The notes under the pieces were generated by a model. That model did not search any database. It saw only the letters and a program-made list of their open reading frames with translations, and was not told the DNA's origin. This document shows, one piece after another, positions 1 through 10,600 of a stretch of 64,000 nt of DNA. This DNA comes from Thermoproteota archaeon (lineage in GTDB: Archaea; Thermoproteota; Thermoprotei; Gearchaeales; Gearchaeaceae): the NCBI GenBank assembly GCA_032249235.1, contig JAVVGF010000001.1, positions 192,001 to 256,000 of the forward strand. The letters are read 5' to 3'. The translations under genes were made by a program, and so were the position numbers. The first letter of the stretch is position 1; each line of letters starts with the position of its first letter.

Positions 1-1511
1 GAGGAGTTAAGTATTTATCAAGGGGAGCCTTCAATCCAATCGGAGGCCTTCAAGATGTATATTCAGTATTCATTTATTATGCAATTTCAGATCCTGGAAT
101 ATGGAGAGATCCTCATAGCGGTGATGTAATACCATGGAGAGAGAATTTCAATGTTATTGCTGCATCTACTACACCTTCAATTGATGTTCCAGCAGATGCA
201 ATAAAGTGGGATCCAATTAATCACAAATGGGTAACTGTAGGTTCAGGTCTAAAAGCTAAATCTGTAGTACAATACAACTTTACATTCGGAAACTGGCATG
301 ATGGCTCTCCTAATAATATCTATGACATATTATATGGATTCTACTTCCTATGGGAATGGTCAAATCAGGCTAATGCTACTGATCAAAGATATAGCTCAAC
401 ATATGCAAGTTCTGTTGGTCCAACTTTACAATCATTGATTGCAATTAAGCCTAGCGCTGATGGTAATAGCATAACTATCTATCTTAATTATTGGCATTTC
501 GATAAAGGAGAAATAGCTGCATTTCTCGATCCTTGGGTTACAACTCCTTGGCAATTATTGTATGCAATGGAACAAATGTACATAAAGAAGCAAGGTTCAT
601 GGTATCAATCAGAAGCTAATGCTAGAGGTACAGTATGGTTGGACCCGATAGCTGCTTCACAAGCTGCAGTAATAAGAAGCTGGTTGGCTCAATTTAACAG
701 TACAAATAGCATTCCAGATGCTTTGACTTCAGGTTGGTCAGTAACAGGACTTCCACAGATAACTCTTGATGAAGCTAAGACAAGGTATACAGCTTCGATC
801 AAATTCATCGATACCTATGGTCATGCTCTTATATCCAACGGCTTATTCATTTTAACTCAATACATACCTAATAATCAAGCAGTGCTTCAAGCTAATAGGG
901 CCGATCCTCTAGATCCTGCTAAGTGGAAAGCATTCACTGTAGAAAAGCTTGCAAGCATTGATAACATATCTTATACTGCACCTCCTAATGTTATACCTAA
1001 AGGTCAAGATTTCGTAGCAAATGTTCAAATATCGATCTCAAATGTAGGACCTGCTACATCTGATCAAATCAGGAATAGATATTGGGTATATGATACAAGC
1101 GGAAACTTACTCTTCAGTGGTAATTTAACTTATACAGGTACACCTGGATCATTTAAGATTCAATTCCCAACGAATAATTTAGAAACAGGTGTGCACAGCC
1201 TAAAGATATATGTAGGTTCAATCTACGCCTTAATACCTGATATTAAGCAAGTATCCTTTATTGTAGGTCCTTCAATAACTACACAAACAACAACTACAAC
1301 AACTACAACTACAACTACACCTGGAGGAGGTACTTCAATAACTCTTCCTTTCGTTAATACAACTACCACAACGACTACTACTTCACCACCTCAATCACCT
1401 ACACCAGCGCCACCGATAGACATTTTAACCATTACTATAATAGTACTTGCTATATTAGTTGTTGCAACTCTTGCAGTAATCTTCTTAAGAAGACCAGCAG
1501 CAAGAACTTAA
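1..1511 (+). CDS. Archaeal oligopeptide ABC transporter substrate-binding protein (family 5), 5'-truncated by window edge
   Basis: Frame is open from position 3 (GVKYLSRGAFNPIGG...FGNWHDGS), well upstream of the track's TTG at 435; WHDG motif, ISNG motif, Thr/Pro-rich linker, C-terminal TM anchor with basic tail; followed by two permeases. Confidence 0.85.
   Translation, partial: GVKYLSRGAFNPIGGLQDVYSVFIYYAISDPGIWRDPHSGDVIPWRENFNVIAASTTPSIDVPADAIKWDPINHKWVTVGSGLKAKSVVQYNFTFGNWHDGSPNNIYDILYGFYFLWEWSNQANATDQRYSSTYASSVGPTLQSLIAIKPSADGNSITIYLNYWHFDKGEIAAFLDPWVTTPWQLLYAMEQMYIKKQGSWYQSEANARGTVWLDPIAASQAAVIRSWLAQFNSTNSIPDALTSGWSVTGLPQITLDEAKTRYTASIKFIDTYGHALISNGLFILTQYIPNNQAVLQANRADPLDPAKWKAFTVEKLASIDNISYTAPPNVIPKGQDFVANVQISISNVGPATSDQIRNRYWVYDTSGNLLFSGNLTYTGTPGSFKIQFPTNNLETGVHSLKIYVGSIYALIPDIKQVSFIVGPSITTQTTTTTTTTTTTPGGGTSITLPFVNTTTTTTTTSPPQSPTPAPPIDILTITIIVLAILVVATLAVIFLRRPAART
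1278..1410 (+). repeat. Thr/Pro-rich low-complexity linker (ACA/ACT codon repeats)
   Basis: TTQTTTTTTTTTTTPGGG...TTTTTTTTSPPQSPTPAPP before the TM anchor, typical of archaeal surface proteins. Confidence 0.7.
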
Positions 1512-1551
1512 CTTAAATAAATATTTATATTTTTTTTATTATCTTTTCTTT

Positions 1552-2601
1552 ATGGGTTTATATTCGTATCTAGCTATAAGGACAATCAATGTATTCTTAG
1601 TTCTGGTAATAACTCTGGCATTGACTATAGGCTTGTTTTTCAATGCTTTCTATGATATAAGAGTTCAGTCAATAAGATATGAAGTAAATTCTATAATTTC
1701 AGATCTTTATAGGAGGGGTGTATGCCAAAGTAGTGATGTATGTGAAAAACTTAGACAAGATCTTATTGCTCAGAGAATGCATGCTGAAGGTCTTGATAAA
1801 CCATGGTATGAACAAATATGGGTTATGATGAGAGATATCTTGTCTTTTGATTTCGGACGAGCTCTTCATTTGAAAGCTGAAAATGGTGATAATCTTGTTT
1901 CCGTTATTATAGCTGAGAGAATACCTAGAACTGTGATGCTTTTGGGCACTGCAGTTTTAATAACTACTATATTAGGCTTAATATTAGGTCTTTATTCTGC
2001 GAATCGTCCACAAAGTATATTAGACAAAACCGTTATCGTTGCAGGATTGACCAGCAATGCTTTTGCTGCATGGTGGATAGGCTTATTACTTCAATTCATT
2101 TTTGCCTATAACTTAAAACTATTACCTGCACTAGGTATAGTAGATAATTATGCTACAACGAACCCCTTTGACAGATTCATCGACGTTTTAAGGCATTTAA
2201 TTCTTCCTTTAACATCTTTAGTTGTTGTATCCTTTGGAGGATGGGCTTTAGTAGTTAGAAATCTTTTAATAAGTACACTGGCTGAGGATTACATAACTGC
2301 AGCAAGAGCTAAGGGTGTTCCTGAAAGAAGACTTTTATTTGGACATGCACTTAAAAGTGCAGCTCCTCCAATAATAACAATAATCGCTCTTAGCGTTGCA
2401 GGAGTCTTCGGAGGTGCGATCATAACTGAAACTGTCTTTCAATGGAATGGGCTGGGAGTATTGATATTTGAAGCTATATCTCAATTAGATATGCCGATAA
2501 TACTTGCATTCTTCTACATTTCAACGATCTTAATTGTGCTCGCTAACTATGTTGCAGACTTGTTATATGGCATATTTGATCCTAGAGTAAAAGCTGGCTA
2601 A
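1552..2601 (+). CDS. dppB: Peptide ABC transporter permease (DppB/OppB family)
   Basis: Multi-TM; DYITAARAKG EAA loop; ETVFQWNGLG; C-terminal DPRV. Confidence 0.9.
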   Translation: MGLYSYLAIRTINVFLVLVITLALTIGLFFNAFYDIRVQSIRYEVNSIISDLYRRGVCQSSDVCEKLRQDLIAQRMHAEGLDKPWYEQIWVMMRDILSFDFGRALHLKAENGDNLVSVIIAERIPRTVMLLGTAVLITTILGLILGLYSANRPQSILDKTVIVAGLTSNAFAAWWIGLLLQFIFAYNLKLLPALGIVDNYATTNPFDRFIDVLRHLILPLTSLVVVSFGGWALVVRNLLISTLAEDYITAARAKGVPERRLLFGHALKSAAPPIITIIALSVAGVFGGAIITETVFQWNGLGVLIFEAISQLDMPIILAFFYISTILIVLANYVADLLYGIFDPRVKAG

Positions 2602-4028
2602 TGTCTCGCTTTTTAAGTAAAAGAGCGCCTCTGATAAAAGAATTCTTCAGCAGATCTTTTGGAGTTATCGGTGTTGCTCTTTTATTATTCTTCATAATTA
2701 TGAGTATATCTGCACCTATAGTTGCTCCTAACGCTGCCTATAATTGGGCGAATTTGGATGCATGGAGGGATAATCCAAGAGCTGTTCCACCTGTATGGTA
2801 TTTACAATTGATAAATGCACCCCTATTTCCCACAATTACACTCTTAGCATCTAATTATAATGCATCTGCATTATCTTCGAACTTATATCTATCAACAGCT
2901 ACTATTAACTTCAAGAATGACAATACAGGATTACCTACAGGTTTTGTTTTTTATATAACTTATGAATATTCATCTAATCTTTATACACTGATGAATATAA
3001 CTAGGCCGGATGGTAAGAGTATAATTCTTAATTTAAATAATGCAATTACTTTTCCAACCCCAACCAATACAACGCTTTATCAAGCAAGAGTTACAAGCGA
3101 TTCTTCAAGTTTGAGGGATGATTTCTATAATTGGTTAAAAGATAATAAGATTGATCTTTCTAGCATTCCTTCACCTTCTAATCTCGTAATTTCTCATTTA
3201 ATTTTTTCTAAGTTAAATCAAGAAATAATAAATCCTAAAACTGCTGAGCCTTTAAAAGGCGAATATAGCTTCCAAGTTTATGCAATATCAGGCTCGCCCA
3301 TTAAAATAAAGGAGTTCAAATTAATAATTCAAGGGAATGCATATGGCGTGATGGGTACAGATGGTTTGAAAAGAGATGAGTGGGCTGGCCTACTTTGGGG
3401 TGCACCGATTGCTTTATTGCTCGGAATATCTACATCCTTGATTTCGGTTGTTTTAGGTTTAGTTTATGGAACTGTTTCAGGATATTATGGAAGGAGAATA
3501 GATGAAATAATGATGAGAATCGTAGATGTTTTGATATCTATACCTGTATTGCCTATCCTCATTCTATTCCTAGTTTATTTTGGGCGCACTGCATCTATTT
3601 GGATTTTAATTTTCTTAATTTCTATTTTTGGATGGATGGGCATAGCAAGAGTTGCTAGAAGCAATACCCTACAAATAAAAGAGTTACCTTTCATTGAGTC
3701 TACTAGAGTTATGGGTGCAAGCAATATATGGATAATGTTCAGACATATTCTTCCACAAATGTTACCTTATGCATATGCAAATTTAGCTTTGGGTGTTCCA
3801 GCAGCGATATTAACTGAAGCAGGATTGAGCTTTCTAGGATTAGGAGATCCTACTTTGCCAACATGGGGCCAGCTGCTAAATCATGCTCAAGATACAGCAG
3901 CTGTCCAATTTGGTTATTGGTGGCTTTGGATTCCACCAGGCTTATTGATTGCAGGAATATCGATCGCTTTCGTATTCATAGGTCATGCATTAGATGAAGT
4001 ATTAAATCCAAGAATAAGAAGATTGTAA
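2601..4028 (+). CDS. dppC: Peptide ABC transporter permease (DppC/OppC family) with large extracytoplasmic insert
   Basis: GTDGLKRD, FIESTRVMGAS EAA loop, RHILP, EAGLSFLGLG, LNPR end; 1-nt overlap with dppB. Confidence 0.9.
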   Translation: MSRFLSKRAPLIKEFFSRSFGVIGVALLLFFIIMSISAPIVAPNAAYNWANLDAWRDNPRAVPPVWYLQLINAPLFPTITLLASNYNASALSSNLYLSTATINFKNDNTGLPTGFVFYITYEYSSNLYTLMNITRPDGKSIILNLNNAITFPTPTNTTLYQARVTSDSSSLRDDFYNWLKDNKIDLSSIPSPSNLVISHLIFSKLNQEIINPKTAEPLKGEYSFQVYAISGSPIKIKEFKLIIQGNAYGVMGTDGLKRDEWAGLLWGAPIALLLGISTSLISVVLGLVYGTVSGYYGRRIDEIMMRIVDVLISIPVLPILILFLVYFGRTASIWILIFLISIFGWMGIARVARSNTLQIKELPFIESTRVMGASNIWIMFRHILPQMLPYAYANLALGVPAAILTEAGLSFLGLGDPTLPTWGQLLNHAQDTAAVQFGYWWLWIPPGLLIAGISIAFVFIGHALDEVLNPRIRRL

Positions 4029-4031
4029 ATT

Positions 4032-4760
4032 TTAGGATATTAATTTTATGGATATTAATTCATATTTAATTTGTGTATTATCGGAATAAGTCAATATATA
4101 ATATACTAGAAAATCTTTTTCATTTATTTTAGTAACCCAAAACTCACTTTTATTTATATTATTTATTATATTTGTTGTACTATATTTATATATTGTTAAA
4201 TTGGTATAATAATACGATTTATTCTCTTTTCCATTAAAAGATATATTATTATTTAAATATTTTAATAAATCATCATTAAATCTTTCAAATGGAAAAATTA
4301 AAATTCGATCGATATAATTCCATAAATTTTGAGCATATTTACCTGTCACTTCTTGTTCGTCTCCTTTTTTTGCTTTTAATATTTGATATGAAGCTATATT
4401 AATCCAGAAAACATATATGTTTATCTCATTTGTAGAGTTCAAAAATATCTTTATTGTGTAAGCTAAAGTTCCATTTAAATTTTCTTTGCCAATGTATTGA
4501 TATATTATGTTAAAAAATAATGAAGAAGAGATAAAATAGCGATAGTTTATTATTTCAAAATACTCTACAAACTTTATTGCGCTTTGAATATCCAAAAAGT
4601 TTAATCTAATTGTCGGGTTAGAAGAAGTAGTTAACGTTGGAGTTGTAATAGTAGAGTTAGTATTGGGGTTGGAAGGAAAATTTCTGAAGGACAAGGTAGT
4701 TACAGATATAATAACAAAAAGAATAATAAGAGTTATGATTATTTTTGTTTTTCTCTTCAC
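4032..4760 (-). CDS. Membrane-anchored secreted protein, possible LolA/LppX-like beta-rich fold
   Basis: N-terminal basic + hydrophobic segment, Thr-rich linker, then YIGKENLNGTLAYTIK...FWINIASYQILK pattern; likely GTG start. Confidence 0.55.
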   Translation of the reverse strand: MKRKTKIIITLIILFVIISVTTLSFRNFPSNPNTNSTITTPTLTTSSNPTIRLNFLDIQSAIKFVEYFEIINYRYFISSSLFFNIIYQYIGKENLNGTLAYTIKIFLNSTNEINIYVFWINIASYQILKAKKGDEQEVTGKYAQNLWNYIDRILIFPFERFNDDLLKYLNNNISFNGKENKSYYYTNLTIYKYSTTNIINNINKSEFWVTKINEKDFLVYYILTYSDNTQIKYELISIKLIS

Positions 4761-4856
4761 ATGATTAACTCATTTTGTTTTTTAAAAATTTTTTCGTTGG
4801 TGTCTATAAAGAAATTACCGTAACATTTAATTCTATTGAGGATTAAAAATTCTATA

Positions 4857-5903
4857 ATGAAAATTGCTATAATAGGTGCAGGACCTGCAGGAGCTAATTG
4901 CGCTTATTGGGCTTCAAAAGAGGGTCATGAGGTAGTATTGTACGAGAAAAACACAGATTTTGCATTGAAGCCTTGCGGAGAAGGAGTATTTAAAGAAGCT
5001 TTTGAATATGTTCCAATAAAACCTGAAGAATCGAAGTGGTCTTTAAGCTATATTCATAGGGCTGAAGTTTATTATAAGAACAAATTATTACTCGAAACAG
5101 ATACCTCACCTTTTGATGGATATATTATTAACAAAAGGGCTTTCCTTAGAGAACTTGTAGAATATGCGATTGATGAAGGTGCTCGATTTCAAAAAGGGAG
5201 TTACTTTGTAGAAAAGGATGACTTTGATTTGATAATCGATGCAGGAGGCTACGTTTCAACTTTTGCAAGAAGAAAAGGTATTGTATATAATAATTATAAG
5301 CTAGCACCTGCTATACGCGGTTATGGGAAGTCATCTAAAATACGTGAAGATACCTTATACTTTGAAGTATATAATTTTGGTTATTCATGGATATTTCCTT
5401 ATGGCAAAGGATACTGCAACTTCGGAATAGGAGGACATACGAACAATAAATCGCTCATGCTCAATAATTTATATTCCTTTTTGAAATTATTCGATGTAGA
5501 AATAGTTTCTAAGATTGAAGGCGCTGCATTTCCATCAAATGGTCCTCTTAAGAAACTAACTTTAGGCAAAATTAGAGTTGCAGGTGACACAGCGGGTATG
5601 GTCATGCCTATAAGCGGTGAGGGAATAAGATTCGCCTTATATGCTGGTAAGATATGTTATAAAGAAAATTATGAAGAATTATTCAAACAAAAATACGGTA
5701 AAAAATTAGAAAACGGCAAAAAAATCTTAGACTTTTGGCTAAGTTTAAATGAAGAAGAACTTAAAATTTTAATAAAAGAAATGGATCCTTTGAAACTTAT
5801 CATGGCTTTTCTTGAAGGAGAAAAACCAAGTGTAATTGAAGGATTTAAGTTTTTGAAGAAACCTAACGTTATATTAAAAGCATTACAAAAAGTTTATATT
5901 TAA
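4857..5903 (+). CDS. Geranylgeranyl reductase family FAD-dependent oxidoreductase (paralog 1)
   Basis: GAGPAG, KPCGEG, YSWIFP, GDTAG...P.SGEGI; ATG at 4857 (MKIAIIG) preferred over track start 4836. Confidence 0.85.
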   Translation: MKIAIIGAGPAGANCAYWASKEGHEVVLYEKNTDFALKPCGEGVFKEAFEYVPIKPEESKWSLSYIHRAEVYYKNKLLLETDTSPFDGYIINKRAFLRELVEYAIDEGARFQKGSYFVEKDDFDLIIDAGGYVSTFARRKGIVYNNYKLAPAIRGYGKSSKIREDTLYFEVYNFGYSWIFPYGKGYCNFGIGGHTNNKSLMLNNLYSFLKLFDVEIVSKIEGAAFPSNGPLKKLTLGKIRVAGDTAGMVMPISGEGIRFALYAGKICYKENYEELFKQKYGKKLENGKKILDFWLSLNEEELKILIKEMDPLKLIMAFLEGEKPSVIEGFKFLKKPNVILKALQKVYI

Positions 5904-5911
5904 TATAAAAA

Positions 5912-6112
5912 TCAGCCTTCTTTAAACGGTTTTATTTTTGCGTCTCCTTCAAATCTCAGTGTTCCCAATTTTGCTTCGCCTAGATAAAGCGATACGGCAA
6001 GATTCAAATTAGCAGACCATCCTGTTCCTAACGCCATTTTTGCTACTTCTAATAAGAATGCAAATAGTGGGTTCAAAGTTAACTCGGCCAATGTTTGCTT
6101 TTCTTCACTCAT
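5912..6112 (-). CDS. Small hypothetical protein (66 aa), paralog of 6148-6321
   Basis: ATG start about 25 nt after an AAAGCTTTTAAATA BRE/TATA-like element; shares G-x-x-K-L-x-T-x4-G-x5-P with neighbour. Confidence 0.7.
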   Translation of the reverse strand: MSEEKQTLAELTLNPLFAFLLEVAKMALGTGWSANLNLAVSLYLGEAKLGTLRFEGDAKIKPFKEG

Positions 6113-6147
6113 TGACTAATAAGTCTTATATTTATTTAAAAGCTTTA

Positions 6148-6321
6148 CTATCCTTTCTTTGGAATGTATTCAATATTACCATTTATGACTACGGTGATCA
6201 ACTTTGTCTTGCCATAGTTTAAATCAATTTTAACATCTTTCATGCTTATTTCGAAATGTCTGTTCATTATTAGCATTATCAATTGCCTTATTACTTCCGC
6301 ATTGAATAGAATTTTCTCCAT
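6148..6321 (-). CDS. Small hypothetical protein (57 aa), absent from ORF track
   Basis: Manual translation MEKILFNAEVIRQLIMLIMNRHFEISMKDVKIDLNYGKTKLITVVINGNIEYIPKKG*; AAAGCTTTAAA TATA-like element about 25 nt upstream; similar to adjacent 66-aa ORF. Confidence 0.7.
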   Translation of the reverse strand: MEKILFNAEVIRQLIMLIMNRHFEISMKDVKIDLNYGKTKLITVVINGNIEYIPKKG

Positions 6322-6482
6322 AAGCAAAAATCTTTGTCATGTTTAAAGCTTTATCTATCTTTTTTCGTTTAATGTTTTATCATTTGTTTCCATACATGAT
6401 TCTTTGCTTAATCTTCAACTCAAGCTTTTTTTCTAACGTAATTACGGATAAGATTAATTTGTCTAAATTCATTTATTTGAAC

Positions 6483-7616
6483 GTGAATAAATGCATCATA
6501 ATAGGAGCTGGACCAGCAGGCTTAACCTTTGCATGGCATGCAGCAAGGAAAGGTTTGAATGTAACTGTATATGAGGGAAGAAAAGTTTTCGCAACGAAAC
6601 CTTGTGGCGAAGCGTTAGCTGGTGATTCATTAAGCGTACTTCCTTTTAAAATCGGTTATATGTACAAATGGATTTTATCGCCTATGCGTTTTGTCGAGCT
6701 CTATTACAACGGTAGGTATTATAGAACAATAAAATCTCCCTTCGGAGAAAACGGCTATATAATAAACAAAAGATTATTCCTTCAAGAGTTGGCGGACATT
6801 GTTGAAAAAGAAGGTGCTAAAATCGAAATGGGCAAGTTTTTTAAACCATCGCTAGATGACGCAGATTTGATAGTTGATGCGTCTGGCTATTTGACAGCTT
6901 CTCGTAATTATTTAAATTTAAGAGAATTATACAATAAAGAATACAGGAATATACCTGTTTTAAGAGATTATGCTGAATCAAATGGAATACTTAAGGAAGG
7001 TTATTTGCTCATCGATCTTTTAGATAGAGGATATTTCTGGATATTTCCTTATGGCAAAGATACTTATAATATTGGAATTGGAGGTCTATATAGCGGTGAA
7101 GAACTAAGAAAAATTTATGAAAAGAAAATTAATCAATTCGAACTTAAGTTAATAAAGAATACTAGACAGGGTGCAAGTGTATCTATAGGTGGAATTATAT
7201 CTAATCAAAGAATAGGTAAATATTATATTATTGGAGAAGCTGCGGGCTTCGTCATGCCAACAACAGGTGAAGGAATACGTTTTTCAATACTATCTGCATA
7301 TGAATATTTCAATAACAATAGCTTACTAAAGAACATTAGAAAAAGAATACAGTTCAATGCTAAACTTTTGAGACTGGCGATCGAATTGGATGATAAGCTA
7401 AAAAGCAAGCTAATTAGCCAAGCTCCTGAAGATTTGATCATGGTATTTTTAGGGGAAAAAAGTGTTTCTACTAATGATATTATAAAGTTCTTATCAGTCT
7501 TTTCAAGAAATCTTAGCACAAGTCTTCAAAGATCACTTTACTCTATTGTTCAATTTTTAATATCTAACAAAGTTGATACAAAAAAATATGTATTGAATTC
7601 TAATGTAAAACATTAA
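6483..7616 (+). CDS. Geranylgeranyl reductase family FAD-dependent oxidoreductase (paralog 2)
   Basis: GAGPAG, KPCGEA, YFWIFPYG, GEAAG...PTTGEGI; GTG at 6483 is the likely start (6339 extension has no homologous sequence in paralog 1). Confidence 0.85.
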   Translation: MNKCIIIGAGPAGLTFAWHAARKGLNVTVYEGRKVFATKPCGEALAGDSLSVLPFKIGYMYKWILSPMRFVELYYNGRYYRTIKSPFGENGYIINKRLFLQELADIVEKEGAKIEMGKFFKPSLDDADLIVDASGYLTASRNYLNLRELYNKEYRNIPVLRDYAESNGILKEGYLLIDLLDRGYFWIFPYGKDTYNIGIGGLYSGEELRKIYEKKINQFELKLIKNTRQGASVSIGGIISNQRIGKYYIIGEAAGFVMPTTGEGIRFSILSAYEYFNNNSLLKNIRKRIQFNAKLLRLAIELDDKLKSKLISQAPEDLIMVFLGEKSVSTNDIIKFLSVFSRNLSTSLQRSLYSIVQFLISNKVDTKKYVLNSNVKH

Positions 7617-7646
7617 TATTTTTATGTAGAGATTTCCTTAAGTTTT

Positions 7647-10600
7647 ATGATGAAATTTTTGTCGAAGAAAGTTATAGTAGTCGCTTTGCTAATTATCCTT
7701 ATCTTAGGAATTCTGCTTTATTTTCTGCCAGACATCGGCTATATGATATTCTTTAAGAATCCTTCAATAGCTTTAGTAGGCGTTGAAGGTAAAGGAGTAC
7801 AAGGAGATTTCGTATTGATGAGCGCATTGCTTAACGTTACAAACAATGCAGGGGTATCTGTAGTTTTAAAAGAAGCGAATGGCGAAGTATATTATAAGGG
7901 AGATAAATTTGGAACTTTCAATTATAAAGGTTCTCTTTTCATACCTTCTAACGGTCAAGTCTCTATTAATGTTACAGTATTATTAGATTCTAAATCTCCT
8001 ACTTTGAAACAGCTTATTCAAGATATTCTAAAGAATAATTCCTCTGATATATCTTACAAAGCAAGCTTATTAGTTACATCTTCATTCTTCTTCTTAAGCT
8101 TTAGTAAAGAAGTAGAAATAGCTGGCAAGTATATACTTTACTTGAAAGACTTTGTAAAAGTAATAGGATGGGAAATAAACGTCAAAAAGATAAATTTAAT
8201 CTCCTCAAATAATAATCCCTTATTAAATGTAACAGTTAATGCAAAGAATTTATCTAGTTTAGATATTCTTATTAAACAAGCTAATATAACTATTTTTTAT
8301 AAAAAAGAAGCTTTAGGACATTCGAAATTGAATAATCAAATAGCCATAAAAGCTAATGAAAGTAAGGAATTGAGTCTTATCTTAAATTTAACTAATATTA
8401 ACTTATTAAGAGATGCGATTAGGGATTTAATAAATAGCTATTCTATAAGTTTTGATTATATTGCAGATTTAAAGGTTTATTCTTATTATTATTATTTAGA
8501 AACAAATTATACAATTAAGGGAAAGCAAGAATATAAACTATCAGAAGTAGCAAATGATTTGAGACTTAACAAAATAATTATAAACCAAAATAGTATTTTA
8601 GCAGATATCTCCTATTTTAATAATTTAGGTGTTCAATTCTTTGTCAAGGATGTAAATGCAAATATCTACTTTAATAATTCACTGGTAGGCAAAATTAATG
8701 CAACTATAAATAAAGAGATCATACCTGCTACGGAAAATCGATTTCTTATTTCAGCTATTCCAATTGATTTATCTAGTTTAATAGGCTTTATTTTGGATAA
8801 TAAGACGGTTAGACTATCAGTACAGGCTGACATAAGAGTATCAATTTTTAACGAGACTTATTTAGCTCATCTGAGTCTTGAAAAATCTATAAGCTTAGAT
8901 TATACCTTAAAAGCTAGTATAAACAACGTTAGATATGTTGCAGCCAATATTTTGGAAGTCGATGCAAATTTAATTGCTACTACGAATCTTATAACAGGTA
9001 ACTTCACATTGAATAGTGCAAGTTTCAATGCATATTTGAATCAAACTTTTGTAGGAGATGGGATATTACAGAACCCTACAAAAATTTATCTGAATAAACC
9101 TTCTCAAATAAAAATAAGAGTTTATCTACATAAAGATATCATTCCAATATTAATAATAAAATTGTTAACAAATTCTTCTTTTGATTTAGTTCTTAAGAAT
9201 GCCATATTTCAAGTTAATTTTGCAAATAACACATATCCCGTCAAGCCTAGCAAAGATATAATTGTTTCTGCTCAACCTTTTACTTTAGATATCAACATTT
9301 ATAATCCATCTTTCATTGCCTTATCTACTACAACAGATAATAAAATAGGAATTAAGGCAAGTGTAGCGATAAACATTCCGAATGTTTATAACTTACCTAT
9401 TATTATAAAGTCAGCAAATGTCACTCTTGTTGAAGATGAATTTGGACAAATAGGATATCTCTACATAACGAACGATCAACTTATATATCCACAGTATAAT
9501 CTTGTTGGCGATTTCATAGCAAATATAGATAAATCTAAGCTTCAGTTATTGATCCAAAAAGCTATAAATAACAACGGCCTTAATGTTACCTTTAAAGATA
9601 TCGTTATAACAGTATCTATACTTGACAAGACAACTACAATAAAGTTGAGTAAAACATTTGCATTAAAAGTACCTACACCTTTAGTTCTCGAATCTAATCT
9701 AGGAATTAAAAAAGTATCAATAGGGCCTTCGCCTAAATCTTTCTTGATAGACACAGATTTCACTATAAATCTAAAAAGTATGTCTGTTTCCAATGTATAT
9801 ATTAGCGACGCTCGGGCTCAAATATACTTTAAGGATAAACAGATTGGCTACGCGTACATAACAATTAACAGAGTTGTTATCAACTTACCTTTCACTTATA
9901 GTGGTAAGGCTTTAATTAACATTACAGACGAAGGTGCAAGCATGTTAGCTATTGAAATTTTAAAGCAAAATCCTATTACAGTAAGCATTAAAAATATTCA
10001 AGTTAATCTCAAAATCACAGATATACCAATTTCTATAGCTTTACCATCAAACATTGTATTTCAATCAACAATCAAGCCAGATATTAATATACATGTAAGC
10101 GATTTTACTATTCGTTCACCTGGTAACGTTATAGATGCGTTTGCCCAACTTAATTCAACTCTTATTAAATTAAACGTTGACAGAATAGATTCTCTTTCTG
10201 CAAATATTATCGATGAAAATGGGAAGATTTTAGGTTATATTTTAGGTGTTTCCGTAGTTAACAATCCAAATTATATATTTCAAGGAATGATTGAATTGCA
10301 ACTAACGCAGCAAGGACTTGATTCATTAGCACCTAAGCTAATGAATAACAATACTTTAATTATTTTCGCTAAAAATATTGTTATAAATGCTTATATTAAT
10401 AATGTTAAAATTTATATAAATGATCCTAATATATATATTATAAAAATCTCAACAGATTTTCAATATAATTATACTTTTAATATTATTGATTTAAATGCTT
10501 ATCCTCCTGGTACTTTGTTTAAATTGAATATAACAATCGATTATCAAATAAAGAATGGTGTTAATACACCTTTTAGTGTTATTAAAGCAACAATGAAAAT

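Noticed and set aside
6339-6482. N-terminal extension of GGR paralog 2 and ORF 6040-6222 on +
   Set aside because: Region holds promoter-like AT tracts and the minus-strand small genes; the Rossmann motif begins right after GTG 6483
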